From Bdellovibrionota bacterium (GTDB taxonomy: Bacteria > Bdellovibrionota_C > UBA2361 > JAAYZI01): a DNA stretch of 64,000 bases. Within the stretch, counting starts at the first letter, position 1. Every line of letters begins with the position of its first letter. Where the stretch lies: assembly GCA_050950765.1 (NCBI GenBank), contig JBMNIF010000002.1:352001-416000 (forward strand). The letters are read 5' to 3'. Below, piece after piece: positions 18,403 to 27,827 of this stretch. The notes under the pieces are model-generated. The model saw only the letters and a list, made by a program, of their open reading frames with translations. It ran no database searches and was not told where the DNA came from. Made by a program: the position numbers and the translations under genes.

Positions 18403-20292
18403 TTACTCCGCTTGCGGAACAACTAAAATGCTACTAGCTGTTTCATCTGAGAGCCTTCTAAAAAGTTCAAAAGAGGTGTCGTCATAACTCCCAGGAGCAC
18501 CAATTACGATCAGATCATAAGATCCGTCCTTAGTTTCCTTTAAAACAGCATCAAGAAAAGCGCCCTTTCCTATCCGTAAATCACACTGCAAATTATAAGC
18601 ATTTACAAGTGCCGCTGCTTGCTCCATATGACGAGCCACTCTCTTTTTTTGCTCTTCAGAATATTTTGTGCGCATAGCATGAAATACCGTCACCGCACTC
18701 TTTAAGTGACGTGCTATTCTCGCTCCGAACCTGACATCCGTCTTACCAGGCTCTCCACCTGCCGTACAGATCAGTATTTTTCTTATAGTTCCTGCAGCAC
18801 TGTTACTAATTAAAACTGGAATACCTGCCGATACCAACAAACGCCTAACTAATTTAAGCAATTTTTTATCAGTTGTACTATCACTACTTTTTTGACGTTC
18901 CACTAGGGCGATATCATAATAACCTTCCTGCACTTCCCGCAGTAAACTTCTGCCGATCTGCCCTTCACGCACCTTCTTCTCTACATGAAGTTCAGAATCT
19001 CCCTTAAGCTGCTCAACTAAGGATTGCAGATCTTTTTGCGCAGCTTCAACAGCAGTCTGATCAGGAGCAACTCGCAAAAGAGTTAACGTACCGTGCGATG
19101 CTATCGCCAACTCTTTTCCAATCTTCAAAACACCGTCCGACTTCATGGTGTTAAGCGCCACAAACTTTAACGCACTCGGTTGCAAAACATGATAATGTGA
19201 GAGAGCCAAAAAACGTTTTTCTCCAACACTAATTTCATCACGCAAAGGATCAACAGAAAAGCTCTGCTCGGTGCAAGCGATATTTGCAAAACGTTGTCCA
19301 TACGCTAAAGCTGGCATAACGGGTCTAGCACCTGTTAAAGTCTCAAGCTCAAAATGTAGCCGCTTAGTAGCACCCGAAAATTTCACATCCGTTAATTTTC
19401 CTTGACCGATCGGAAAATACCTACCATCTGCAACAAATTGTTTTTTACTGTGAACCACCATCTCCGGACGAAATAGCAATCTAACGGGAGCACCCTCTTC
19501 ATGTTGCGGAGCATCTTCGGGGAAAGGCAACTTAGCACTGCCCAGCCGAATTGCCCCCTGCTCGGCACGCGCTACAACCACATTTCCGCCACCTAAAAAC
19601 TTAGCAACAAACTCCTTTTTAGGCTTATAATAAAGAGTTTCCGGAGTACCTACCTCTATTAGTATACCCCTCTCCAAAACTCCGATTCGATCAGCAAGCT
19701 CAAAAGCTTCCTCTTGATCGTGCGTTACAAGAATCGTTGAAACTTTAATCTGACGTTGGATATCTTTAAGTGTACGTCTAAGTTGCGATCTAATCTCAGC
19801 ATCAAGCGCACCAAAAGGTTCATCAAGTAAAAGTACTGCTGGCTCATACGCCAAAGCACGCGCTAGCGCCACACGTTGCTGCTGTCCACCTGAAAGTTGA
19901 CTTGGAAAACGTTGTCCTAAACCTCCTAAGCCAACGAGGTCTAAGAGATTTTCCCTCTTACGTCTCCGCTCTTCTTTTTCAACATTACGGATGCGTAGTC
20001 CAAACTCAACGTTTTCTGCTACCGTCATATGTCTAAAGATAGCATAATTTTGAAAAACAAATCCGGCATCACGCTTCTGTGGTGGCAAGTCCGTAACGTC
20101 TCTACCGTGTAAAATTACATTACCTTCATCAGGAAAAAGTAACCCTGCAATGATCCTTAAAATGGTGCTCTTCCCACTACCGCTACTCCCAAGCAAAACA
20201 AACATCTCACCATCATGAACTTCCAAGTTAAGTTTACTGACAACGAGTTGCTCGCCGAAGCCTTTTACTATGCCATCTAAAATTATCGCCAT
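18403..20292 (-). CDS. cysA: Sulfate ABC transporter ATP-binding protein fused to C-terminal universal-stress-protein (USP)-like domains
   Basis: GSSGSGKST, VFQNYA, LSGGQQQRVALARALA, LLLDEPFGALD; last gene of sbp-cysT-cysW. The C-terminus has USP-like KILIC, YDLIVIGA and SILVVP. Confidence 0.85.
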   Translation of the reverse strand: MAIILDGIVKGFGEQLVVSKLNLEVHDGEMFVLLGSSGSGKSTILRIIAGLLFPDEGNVILHGRDVTDLPPQKRDAGFVFQNYAIFRHMTVAENVEFGLRIRNVEKEERRRKRENLLDLVGLGGLGQRFPSQLSGGQQQRVALARALAYEPAVLLLDEPFGALDAEIRSQLRRTLKDIQRQIKVSTILVTHDQEEAFELADRIGVLERGILIEVGTPETLYYKPKKEFVAKFLGGGNVVVARAEQGAIRLGSAKLPFPEDAPQHEEGAPVRLLFRPEMVVHSKKQFVADGRYFPIGQGKLTDVKFSGATKRLHFELETLTGARPVMPALAYGQRFANIACTEQSFSVDPLRDEISVGEKRFLALSHYHVLQPSALKFVALNTMKSDGVLKIGKELAIASHGTLTLLRVAPDQTAVEAAQKDLQSLVEQLKGDSELHVEKKVREGQIGRSLLREVQEGYYDIALVERQKSSDSTTDKKLLKLVRRLLVSAGIPVLISNSAAGTIRKILICTAGGEPGKTDVRFGARIARHLKSAVTVFHAMRTKYSEEQKKRVARHMEQAAALVNAYNLQCDLRIGKGAFLDAVLKETKDGSYDLIVIGAPGSYDDTSFELFRRLSDETASSILVVPQAE

Positions 20293-20316
20293 ACACTTAC
20301 CTTCTGCTAAACTTCT

Positions 20317-21186
20317 CTATCTGTTGCTACCCCGTTTATAACGCCACTCAATAAAACTTTTTATGATTATCGTTGCCACAGCCAATAACGCTAATAGCGA
20401 AGCAACCGCAAATGCTGCTGTGGCGTTATATTCATTATACAGAACCTCTACTTGTAGAGGCATCGTATTGGTCAATCCGCGAATATGCCCTGAAACTACT
20501 GAAACAGCTCCGAACTCTCCCATAGCACGCGCATTACACAAGATAACTCCGTACAAAAGCCCCCATTTAATATTAGGTAAAGTAACTGAGAAAAAAGTCC
20601 TCATTCCAGAAGCGCCCATCGTTAAAGCAGCCTCCTCCTCCTGACTCCCCTGTTCCTGCATTAGCGGGATCAACTCCCGTGCAATATACGGTAATGTTAC
20701 AAAGATAGTTGCCAGAACAATTCCTGGGAAGGCAAAGATAACTTTAAGATCAAAGTGATTAAGTAACGGCGCAAAAACCCCTTTAGTATTGCTATACATC
20801 AGAACTAACATCATACCCGCAACAACTGGAGAGATAGCTAGAGGCAGCTCAATAAGCGTTAATAAAAACTGTTTAAACGGAAACTTAAAACGGGAGATTA
20901 ACCATGCAGCAGAAAGACCAAACAACAGGTTCATAGGCACTGAAATAAGTGCTGTTAGAAGTGTTAACTTCATTGCCGAAACAGCGTCCGGATCTGTAAT
21001 AGCCTCAAGATAAGCGTCCCACCCTTTTGAAAAAGCTTGCGCAAAAACCACGCATAACGGCACTATCAAAAAGAGTGTAACAAAGAGAAGCGCTGTTAAA
21101 ATCAGAAACCACCGCCCTACTAAAACGGCAACGCCTAATTCCCCCTCTCTATTTTGCTTCTTTTTAATTACCACTTTAACGATCAC
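20317..21186 (-). CDS. cysW: Sulfate ABC transporter permease CysW
   Basis: PY.ARELIPLMQEQGSQEEEAA, TLPNIKWGLLYGVILCNARAMGEFGAVSVVSGHIRG. Confidence 0.95.
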   Translation of the reverse strand: MIVKVVIKKKQNREGELGVAVLVGRWFLILTALLFVTLFLIVPLCVVFAQAFSKGWDAYLEAITDPDAVSAMKLTLLTALISVPMNLLFGLSAAWLISRFKFPFKQFLLTLIELPLAISPVVAGMMLVLMYSNTKGVFAPLLNHFDLKVIFAFPGIVLATIFVTLPYIARELIPLMQEQGSQEEEAALTMGASGMRTFFSVTLPNIKWGLLYGVILCNARAMGEFGAVSVVSGHIRGLTNTMPLQVEVLYNEYNATAAFAVASLLALLAVATIIIKSFIEWRYKRGSNR

Positions 21187-22076
21187 TCCCTATGCTTTTT
21201 TAAAGCTCTACGCCCCGCCCGCAGACTGATAAAATTCACCATTAACATAATAAGGAAAGATGCCAATAACATCACCAACGCCAACGCTGCGGCAGCGGCG
21301 TAGCCGTTCGGCTCCTCCAATTTAATCATAATTAATAGTGGTAAGATCTCTGTCTTTAGCGGCATATTGCCAGCAATAAAAACAACAGAACCGTACTCAC
21401 CGAGAGCTCGTGCAAAAGCTAATGAAAATCCGGTAAAGAGAGAGGGTAAAAGGGTCGGGAAGATAACGTTGCAAAAGATTCTAAACCTACCAGCGCCCAT
21501 ACAAGCAGCAGCCTCTTCAAGCTCCGGCTCTAGATCAGCTAAAACAGGTTGTAACGTTCTAACAACAAACGGGATGCCGATAAAGACGAGTGCAACAATT
21601 ACTCCCAACTCACCAGGGGCGACATTAATCCCTAAATATTCTTTAATGAGGTATCCCAACCCCCCTTTATACCAAGTTATCGTGGTCGGATCATCGGGCA
21701 CACGATAAAGCGTTACTAAAGTAATACCAGCCACAGCCGTTGGTAGTGCAAAAGGGAGATCTATTAAAGCATCAATAATCTTTCTGCCGAAGAATCTATA
21801 ACGAACCAAGACCCACGCTAGTAACGAACCGAAGATTGCATTTATAATGGCAGCGATGAAAGAAGCACCGAAACTGAGACGATAGGCAGCAACGGCACGG
21901 GGTGCTGTGATGATTTGAAGAAACTCATCCCAACTTAAAGATGATGCCGTCAGCACCAACATCACTAACGGCAAGATCACCAAGATACCGAGATAAAGAA
22001 GGGTAAAACCAAGCGTAATTCCGAATCCTGGGAGGATCCGTCTCTGCTTTTTATTGTTTTTTAAACTACAAAACAT
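21183..22076 (-). CDS. cysT: Sulfate ABC transporter permease CysT
   Basis: LPGFG.TLG.TL.YL, DLPFALPTAVAGI, PFVVRTLQPVL, FARALGEYGSVVFIAGNMP. Confidence 0.95.
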   Translation of the reverse strand: MFCSLKNNKKQRRILPGFGITLGFTLLYLGILVILPLVMLVLTASSLSWDEFLQIITAPRAVAAYRLSFGASFIAAIINAIFGSLLAWVLVRYRFFGRKIIDALIDLPFALPTAVAGITLVTLYRVPDDPTTITWYKGGLGYLIKEYLGINVAPGELGVIVALVFIGIPFVVRTLQPVLADLEPELEEAAACMGAGRFRIFCNVIFPTLLPSLFTGFSLAFARALGEYGSVVFIAGNMPLKTEILPLLIMIKLEEPNGYAAAAALALVMLLASFLIMLMVNFISLRAGRRALKKHRE

Positions 22077-22164
22077 CTCTGTTTTTTACCCTTCTCTCTC
22101 ACTGCGATATCTAAGCTTTCAGATAACACGCCATAACATATCTTAACTAAACACTTCATTAGAT

Positions 22165-23178
22165 CTAGTTAGCTACACCGTATAACTGATCAAAGATACC
22201 ACCTTCATTAAAATGTTTTGCTTGTGCCTTATCCCACCCTCCGAAAAGTGGATCATCTATTGTTAACAACGTAATCTTCGGAAATTGTGCGGCATACTTA
22301 GCTTGAGCTGCTTCAGAGCGTGGACGATAGTACCACTTACCTGCTAAATCTTGTCCAACTTCACTATATAGATATTCAAGATACGCCTGCGCAACTTGCC
22401 GCGTGCCGTGTTTATCAGCAACCTTATCAACCAACGACACGGTCGGTTCTGCTAAGATACTAAGTGATGGTGTAACGATTTCATAACCACCTGCGCCGAG
22501 CTCTTTCAAGGCTAGGAACGCTTCATTTTCCCATGTGACTAAAACATCACCGATACCGCCTTGCACAAAAGTATTAGTAGAACCTCTAGCTCCTGTATCA
22601 AGGACCGGTACATTTTTAAACATCTTCTGCACGAATTTTTTAGCATCTTCCTCAGTAGCATCTTTCTGTTTTAGTGCGAATCCCCAAGCTGCTAAATAAT
22701 TCCAACGTGCCCCACCGGAAGTTTTCGGATTGGGGGTAATAACTTTAACACCATCTTTAACAAGATCATCCCAATCTTTAATATTTTTCGGATTACCTTT
22801 TCGAACTAAGAAAACTACTGTTGAAGTGTATGGAGCGCTATTATGTGGAAGTCTGGACTGCCAGTTATCTGGAATCATTTTAGCTTGCGTACGAATCTGA
22901 TCAATATCAAGAGCCAGTGCTAAGGTCACAACATCAGCTTCCAAACCATCAACTACTGCTCTAGCCTGCTTTCCACTCCCAGCATGAGATTGACGTATTT
23001 CGATACTCTTACCCGTTTTCTCTTTCCAATATTTTTTAAACTCTACATTAAAATCTTTATACAACTCTCTTGTAGGATCATACGAAACATTCAGAAGAAC
23101 ATCTTGCGCCACGACAGAAGTTACACACATCAAAGAAAAAATCACTGCATAAATAGAGATAAATCGAAACGATCTCAT
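22165..23178 (-). CDS. sbp: Sulfate-binding periplasmic protein
   Basis: Signal peptide; [51 protein letters not shown]. Confidence 0.95.
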   Translation of the reverse strand: MRSFRFISIYAVIFSLMCVTSVVAQDVLLNVSYDPTRELYKDFNVEFKKYWKEKTGKSIEIRQSHAGSGKQARAVVDGLEADVVTLALALDIDQIRTQAKMIPDNWQSRLPHNSAPYTSTVVFLVRKGNPKNIKDWDDLVKDGVKVITPNPKTSGGARWNYLAAWGFALKQKDATEEDAKKFVQKMFKNVPVLDTGARGSTNTFVQGGIGDVLVTWENEAFLALKELGAGGYEIVTPSLSILAEPTVSLVDKVADKHGTRQVAQAYLEYLYSEVGQDLAGKWYYRPRSEAAQAKYAAQFPKITLLTIDDPLFGGWDKAQAKHFNEGGIFDQLYGVAN

Positions 23179-23488
23179 AACAGCTCCTAATTGTTATCTA
23201 AAAAAAACCAAACTAAACTTTGAAAGGTAAAAGCACTCTTTCAAAAAACTCTCCTCAACACCACCATAGAAAGTCTTAGCAATCCACAGCACTTAGTTGA
23301 GTAACTGAACAAACTTACTCTAAACAACCACTCTCTGCAAATCCTAGAGAGAGTAGCAAATAATGCTAAGAGATTGGAAATATTAGAAGAAAAAATGACC
23401 AGAAAAGTAAAGTCATTTAAAAATCAAGCCGAACTATACAGATGGTGGTGTTTTTAAGCTTCTGCACCGCAATTTTAAGGAGAGATCG

Positions 23489-23773
23489 ATGGAAAAGGGA
23501 AAACGTTCGGGGAAGTTTCTTTTTTTTAGCGTAATCGCTATCGCTATCTTATTTAGCGTAAACCTCTTTTCGATGGGTTTTAGTAATATCCCCTTTAAAG
23601 ATACTTCAACAAAAGAGTTCACCACGCAGAAGCACTATCCAAAGGTTGTTAAAAAAGACACCGATAGACCTAAAATCAATAGAGCTACAAACAAGCCCCC
23701 TTTCGGAAAGGAGGCAGGGGAAAAACTTAAAAAACTCTCCACATTAACGTTACTCCTTTTATGGCACGGCTGA
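23489..23773 (+). CDS. Small basic hypothetical protein with N-terminal hydrophobic segment
   Basis: AAGGAG RBS, ATG, signal/TM-like FLFFSVIAIAILFSV; no recognisable family. Confidence 0.55.
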   Translation: MEKGKRSGKFLFFSVIAIAILFSVNLFSMGFSNIPFKDTSTKEFTTQKHYPKVVKKDTDRPKINRATNKPPFGKEAGEKLKKLSTLTLLLLWHG

Positions 23774-23779
23774 TAATTC

Positions 23780-24845
23780 TCCCTTCTAAATAAAAAGGAC
23801 ACCCACTTTTTACCTCCGTGAAGATCTAGCTAATTTGTTCTGCAAGTTGCAGCCCGTTCTGCCGTCCCTAGCGCCATTTTGACCTCCGTAAAGATCTAGC
23901 TAATTTATTCTGCAAGTTGCAGCCCGTTCGTCCGTCCCTGAAGGGTGGCACCGAAACTACCAAATTCTAAGTTTTTGTTAATGTCTTGATATTATTAACT
24001 ATTATAATTTTAGAATCTTTTAGCACTGGTGGGTGGCACCAAATTTTTAACCTCTCTCCCTGAAGGGTGGCACCAAATTTTTGCTCCCTGAAAGGTGGCG
24101 GACTTCCAATTAGGACACCCACTTTTACTGAAGGGTGGCACCAAAATTTAACCCTCCCTTCTAAAAAAAAGGACACCCACTTTTTACCTCCGTGAAGATC
24201 TAGCTAATTTGTTCTGCAGTTGCACCCCGTTCTGCCGTCCCTAGCACCATTTTGACCTCCGTGAAGATCTAGCTAATTTGTTCTGCAGTTGCAGCCCGTC
24301 CTGCTCTCCCTGAAGGGTGGCACTAAGGTCGCCAAAAGCTAAGCCTTTACTAACGTCCTGATATTATTAGCCATTGTAATTTTAGAATCTTTTAGCACTG
24401 GTGGGTGGCACCAAATTTTTAACCTCTCTCCCTGAAGGGTGGCACCAAAATTTGGCTTCCAATTAGGACACCCACTTTTTACCTCCGTGAAGATCTAGCT
24501 AATTTGTTCTGCAAGTTGCAGCCCGTTCTAGCGTTACTGGTGGGTGGCACCAAATTTTTAACCTTCGTAGAAAGCTAGCTAACCCCACTCTGCAACCACA
24601 CCCGCTCAACCGTCCCTGAAGGGTGGCACTTTTAACCTCCGTACAAACCTAACCGATCCGCTCTACAGTTGCAGCCGCTCAATCGTCCCTGAAGGGTGGC
24701 ACTAAGGTCGCCAAAAGCTAAGCCTTTACTAACGTCCTGATATTATTAGCCATTGTAATTTTAGAACCTTTTAGCACTGGTGGGTGGCACCAAAATTTAA
24801 CCCTCGTGAAAACCTAACTAACTTTCTTTTACGGGGTGTCCAACG
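23780..24845. repeat. Modular intergenic repeat mosaic (REP/BIME-like)
   Basis: 11 copies of GGGTGGCAC (23943, 24031, 24065, 24133, 24315, 24403, 24437, 24542, 24621, 24694, 24782) and 4 of GGACACCCAC (23797, 24113, 24171, 24466). A ~60-bp module ACCTCCGTGAAGATCTAGCTAATTTG...GCAGCCCG occurs five times plus degenerate copies, and a ~90-bp AT-rich module three times. Confidence 0.9.
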
Positions 24846-24846
24846 G

Positions 24847-25746
24847 TTATTGATGGTTCTTATAATATTGCGCTTTTTTCTTGATAAATTTCTCTACCTG
24901 CTCTGAGAACCAAACGGGATACTCTATCATCGGAGCGTGCCCGCAGGCATCTTTTGTAACTAGCTCCGATCCTTCAATCAGAGATTGAAAAAGTTCCGCT
25001 ACTGCTAACGGAGTAACTTCATCATTAGCCCCCCACAGTAGTAAGGTCGGCTTCTTAATCTTTTTAAGATCATCTTGTAAATTATCATGCTTAGCACTAC
25101 GCGCTGTTCTGATAATATTAACGTGATTGTCACGACTCTTTAAGATCTCAACTACCTCATCAAGCCTCTCTTCCGTAACAAACTTTTGATTATAAAAAAC
25201 TCGCTCCAAGTGTCCATGCAGAAATTCTCGACTCGGACGGAGTGGTAAATTATCAACCGTATGCTCATACAAACCTGACGAACCAGAGAGGATCAAGCAA
25301 TCAACTAACTCAGGTGCTAACAACGCCACCCTTAAAGCTACATGCCCACCTAAAGAGTTGCCACACAAGATAACGGGCTCCTTACAACAAACCCTAATAT
25401 AACACTCCGTAAGAGCAGTTAAAGCTTCAACTGAAACATCCGATCTTTTCCCCGTTAAAAGTGGGAATTGCAACGCTATCAACCTAGAATATTTCGCTGC
25501 GACCGGCATAAACGATTCCCAATTCGACATCGCTCCGAAAAGACCGTGCAACAACACCATTGTAGGCCCAGACTCACCCTCTTCTGTCGTTTGAAAATCA
25601 GGAATACGTCTCTCTTTCAACCAGACAGGATTGCAATTGCCCATCAACTCTGCCGATCTTTCGATAAGATCAATAACAGCGCTATCCTCAGCATCCAACT
25701 CAACCTTCTTTGAAGATGAAGGAATTTTAAATCGACTTTTTACCAT
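24847..25746 (-). CDS. Alpha/beta-fold hydrolase
   Basis: LLHGLFG, GNSLGG nucleophile elbow, WG.NDEVTP, GHAPMIE. Confidence 0.9.
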   Translation of the reverse strand: MVKSRFKIPSSSKKVELDAEDSAVIDLIERSAELMGNCNPVWLKERRIPDFQTTEEGESGPTMVLLHGLFGAMSNWESFMPVAAKYSRLIALQFPLLTGKRSDVSVEALTALTECYIRVCCKEPVILCGNSLGGHVALRVALLAPELVDCLILSGSSGLYEHTVDNLPLRPSREFLHGHLERVFYNQKFVTEERLDEVVEILKSRDNHVNIIRTARSAKHDNLQDDLKKIKKPTLLLWGANDEVTPLAVAELFQSLIEGSELVTKDACGHAPMIEYPVWFSEQVEKFIKKKAQYYKNHQ

Positions 25747-25851
25747 CAACTACCCTACTTCAATCACCATCGGCCAAAAAATACTTTGTCTCTTTCCGCA
25801 CTTACCTAAACATTCAATTAGTTAACAAAATCCTTCCCTTTAATAATATGT

Positions 25852-27777
25852 TTAGAGATCAGGTTCAAGCCTATAAGCGTTTTCCTGTATTAAACGATAC
25901 CTATCAGTACTATCACGTCCTAGCAAACTTTCAAGCGTAGCATTCACCTCCAGCTCATCATCTACCTGAATTCTCAAAAGATTTCTAGTTTTTGGATTTA
26001 ACGTTGTCTCCCATAAAGTGCTCGGATTCATCTCTCCCAAACCTTTAAAGCGTGTAATCTGATATTTACGATTTTTAGCTTTTGTTCGAATTACCTCATC
26101 TTTTTCCTCATCACTGTAAACCCACTCCAATTCTTCGTTACTGCCGCTTCCTATCTTAATTCTGTATAACGGCGGCCGTCCAAGATAAAGGTGCCCTGCC
26201 TTCACCAATGGCTTCATATAACGGAAGAAGAACGCCATTAGAAGCGTTCCGATATGCATCCCATCAGAATCAGCATCTGTTAAAATAATCACCCGTCCAT
26301 ACCTTAACTTATCGAGCGCTATCTTATCTCCGAGACCACAACCCAAAACAGAAGCTAAATCAGTTAGCTCTTTATTCTCCTGCATTTTAGTCACAGCTGC
26401 TGCAACCGAGTTTAACACTTTACCACGTAACGGAAAAACCGCTTGCGTTTTTCTGTCACGCCCCTGCTTAGCACTACCACCTGCGGAATCCCCCTCTACA
26501 ATAAAGAGTTCAGATTTATCTCGTTGAGAAGAAGAACAATCAGAAAGCTTACCAGGTAAATTTAAACGCCTAATCCCGATCTTTCTAGAAACACTTTGCG
26601 AAGCAGTCCTCGCAGCTGCACGCGCTTTTGCAGCGAGCACCATCCTTTCAACCAACATCGCAGCAGTTTGCGGATTAGAATTAAGCACGTTTTCAAAACT
26701 ACGCAGCAACGACTCCACCGGCACCGCCACTTCAGGATTATTCAAGCGGTCTTTAGTCTGCCCCTGAAACTGTAATTGAGTAACCGCCCCTGGAACATTA
26801 ACAGACAAAATTGCTAAAAGCCCCTCTCGAAAATCATCCGCACCAAGCCTCACCCCTTTGGGTGCTAGATCGTGCACATTGATATAATTGCGCAACGCTT
26901 TAACCAAGCCATTTTTAAAACCATCTTCATGGCTTCCACCCTCTTTTGTTGGAATACCGTTTACATAAGAAGCTATCTTTTCTTTAGTTGATTCTGTCCA
27001 ACAGAAAGCAGCTTCAACTTTGATGCCATTTTCACGCTCAAGATAAAAAGTCTCTCCCGCAACAGGTTCAACTCCATATTTTTCAATTAAAAGCTTTAAA
27101 TATGAGTTTAAACCTTGATTAAACTGATAAACTTTAGTGGTGTTTTCAGCTTCATTAACAAAAGTAAGTTTAATCCCTTTGTTAAGGAAAGCTTTCTCTT
27201 GAATGTTCTCTTCTAAAATTTCAGGCGAGAATTTTACGACAGAAAAGATCTCTGGATCAGGTCTAAAAAAAACTTTCGTGCCTGTTTTTTTAACAGCCCC
27301 GCCTTTCTTTGTAGTTCCAACAGCCACCCCTTTTTCAAATTTCTGAGACCACTCAAAGCCATCACGCCAGACAGTTGCTATCAATTCTTCAGAGAGCGCA
27401 TTTACAACAGAAGCTCCAACACCGTGCAAGCCACCAGCTGATACATAATTACTATCAGAGAATTTGCCTCCGGCATGCAACGTTGTAAAAATTATCTCTA
27501 AAGTCGACTTTTTAAACTTCGGATGTTTCTCAACTGGAATGCCACGCCCGTTATCTTCAATAGTGATGCTCTTTTTATCTGAATGCAGTGTGACAACTAT
27601 TGAATTGGCGTAGCCGTTCATAGCCTCATCGATGCTATTATCTAAAATCTCTCTTACGAGATGGTGCAGCCCTGCATACCCCTCCGTCCCGCCGATATAC
27701 ATTCCAGGACGTTTTCTAACAGGCTCAAGCCCTTCTAAAACTTCAATAGCCGCTGCATTATATCCGTTCTTTCCCAT
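25852..27777 (-). CDS. parE: Type IIA topoisomerase B subunit, probably topoisomerase IV ParE
   Basis: LEGLEPVRKRPGMYIG, EILDNSIDE, GLHGVG, VEGDSAGG, PLRGK, DADSDG, RFKGLGEM; partner subunit lacks a GyrA box. Confidence 0.85.
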   Translation of the reverse strand: MGKNGYNAAAIEVLEGLEPVRKRPGMYIGGTEGYAGLHHLVREILDNSIDEAMNGYANSIVVTLHSDKKSITIEDNGRGIPVEKHPKFKKSTLEIIFTTLHAGGKFSDSNYVSAGGLHGVGASVVNALSEELIATVWRDGFEWSQKFEKGVAVGTTKKGGAVKKTGTKVFFRPDPEIFSVVKFSPEILEENIQEKAFLNKGIKLTFVNEAENTTKVYQFNQGLNSYLKLLIEKYGVEPVAGETFYLERENGIKVEAAFCWTESTKEKIASYVNGIPTKEGGSHEDGFKNGLVKALRNYINVHDLAPKGVRLGADDFREGLLAILSVNVPGAVTQLQFQGQTKDRLNNPEVAVPVESLLRSFENVLNSNPQTAAMLVERMVLAAKARAAARTASQSVSRKIGIRRLNLPGKLSDCSSSQRDKSELFIVEGDSAGGSAKQGRDRKTQAVFPLRGKVLNSVAAAVTKMQENKELTDLASVLGCGLGDKIALDKLRYGRVIILTDADSDGMHIGTLLMAFFFRYMKPLVKAGHLYLGRPPLYRIKIGSGSNEELEWVYSDEEKDEVIRTKAKNRKYQITRFKGLGEMNPSTLWETTLNPKTRNLLRIQVDDELEVNATLESLLGRDSTDRYRLIQENAYRLEPDL

Positions 27778-27827
27778 CTATCTTCACCACTTCAAAGAAA
27801 CAACACTACAAAACCTCAAAATATAAA

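Noticed and set aside
24067..24085. Sigma54 promoters within the TGGCAC repeats
   Set aside because: The GC of the -12 element is not at the required spacing (TGGCAC-N5-TTGC is absent).
23967..24176. 69-aa ORF with repeated WCHP
   Set aside because: A by-product of the DNA repeat; equivalent modules elsewhere are not kept in frame.
23780..24845. CRISPR array
   Set aside because: Intervening sequences are themselves repeated and of irregular length, and there are no cas genes in the window.
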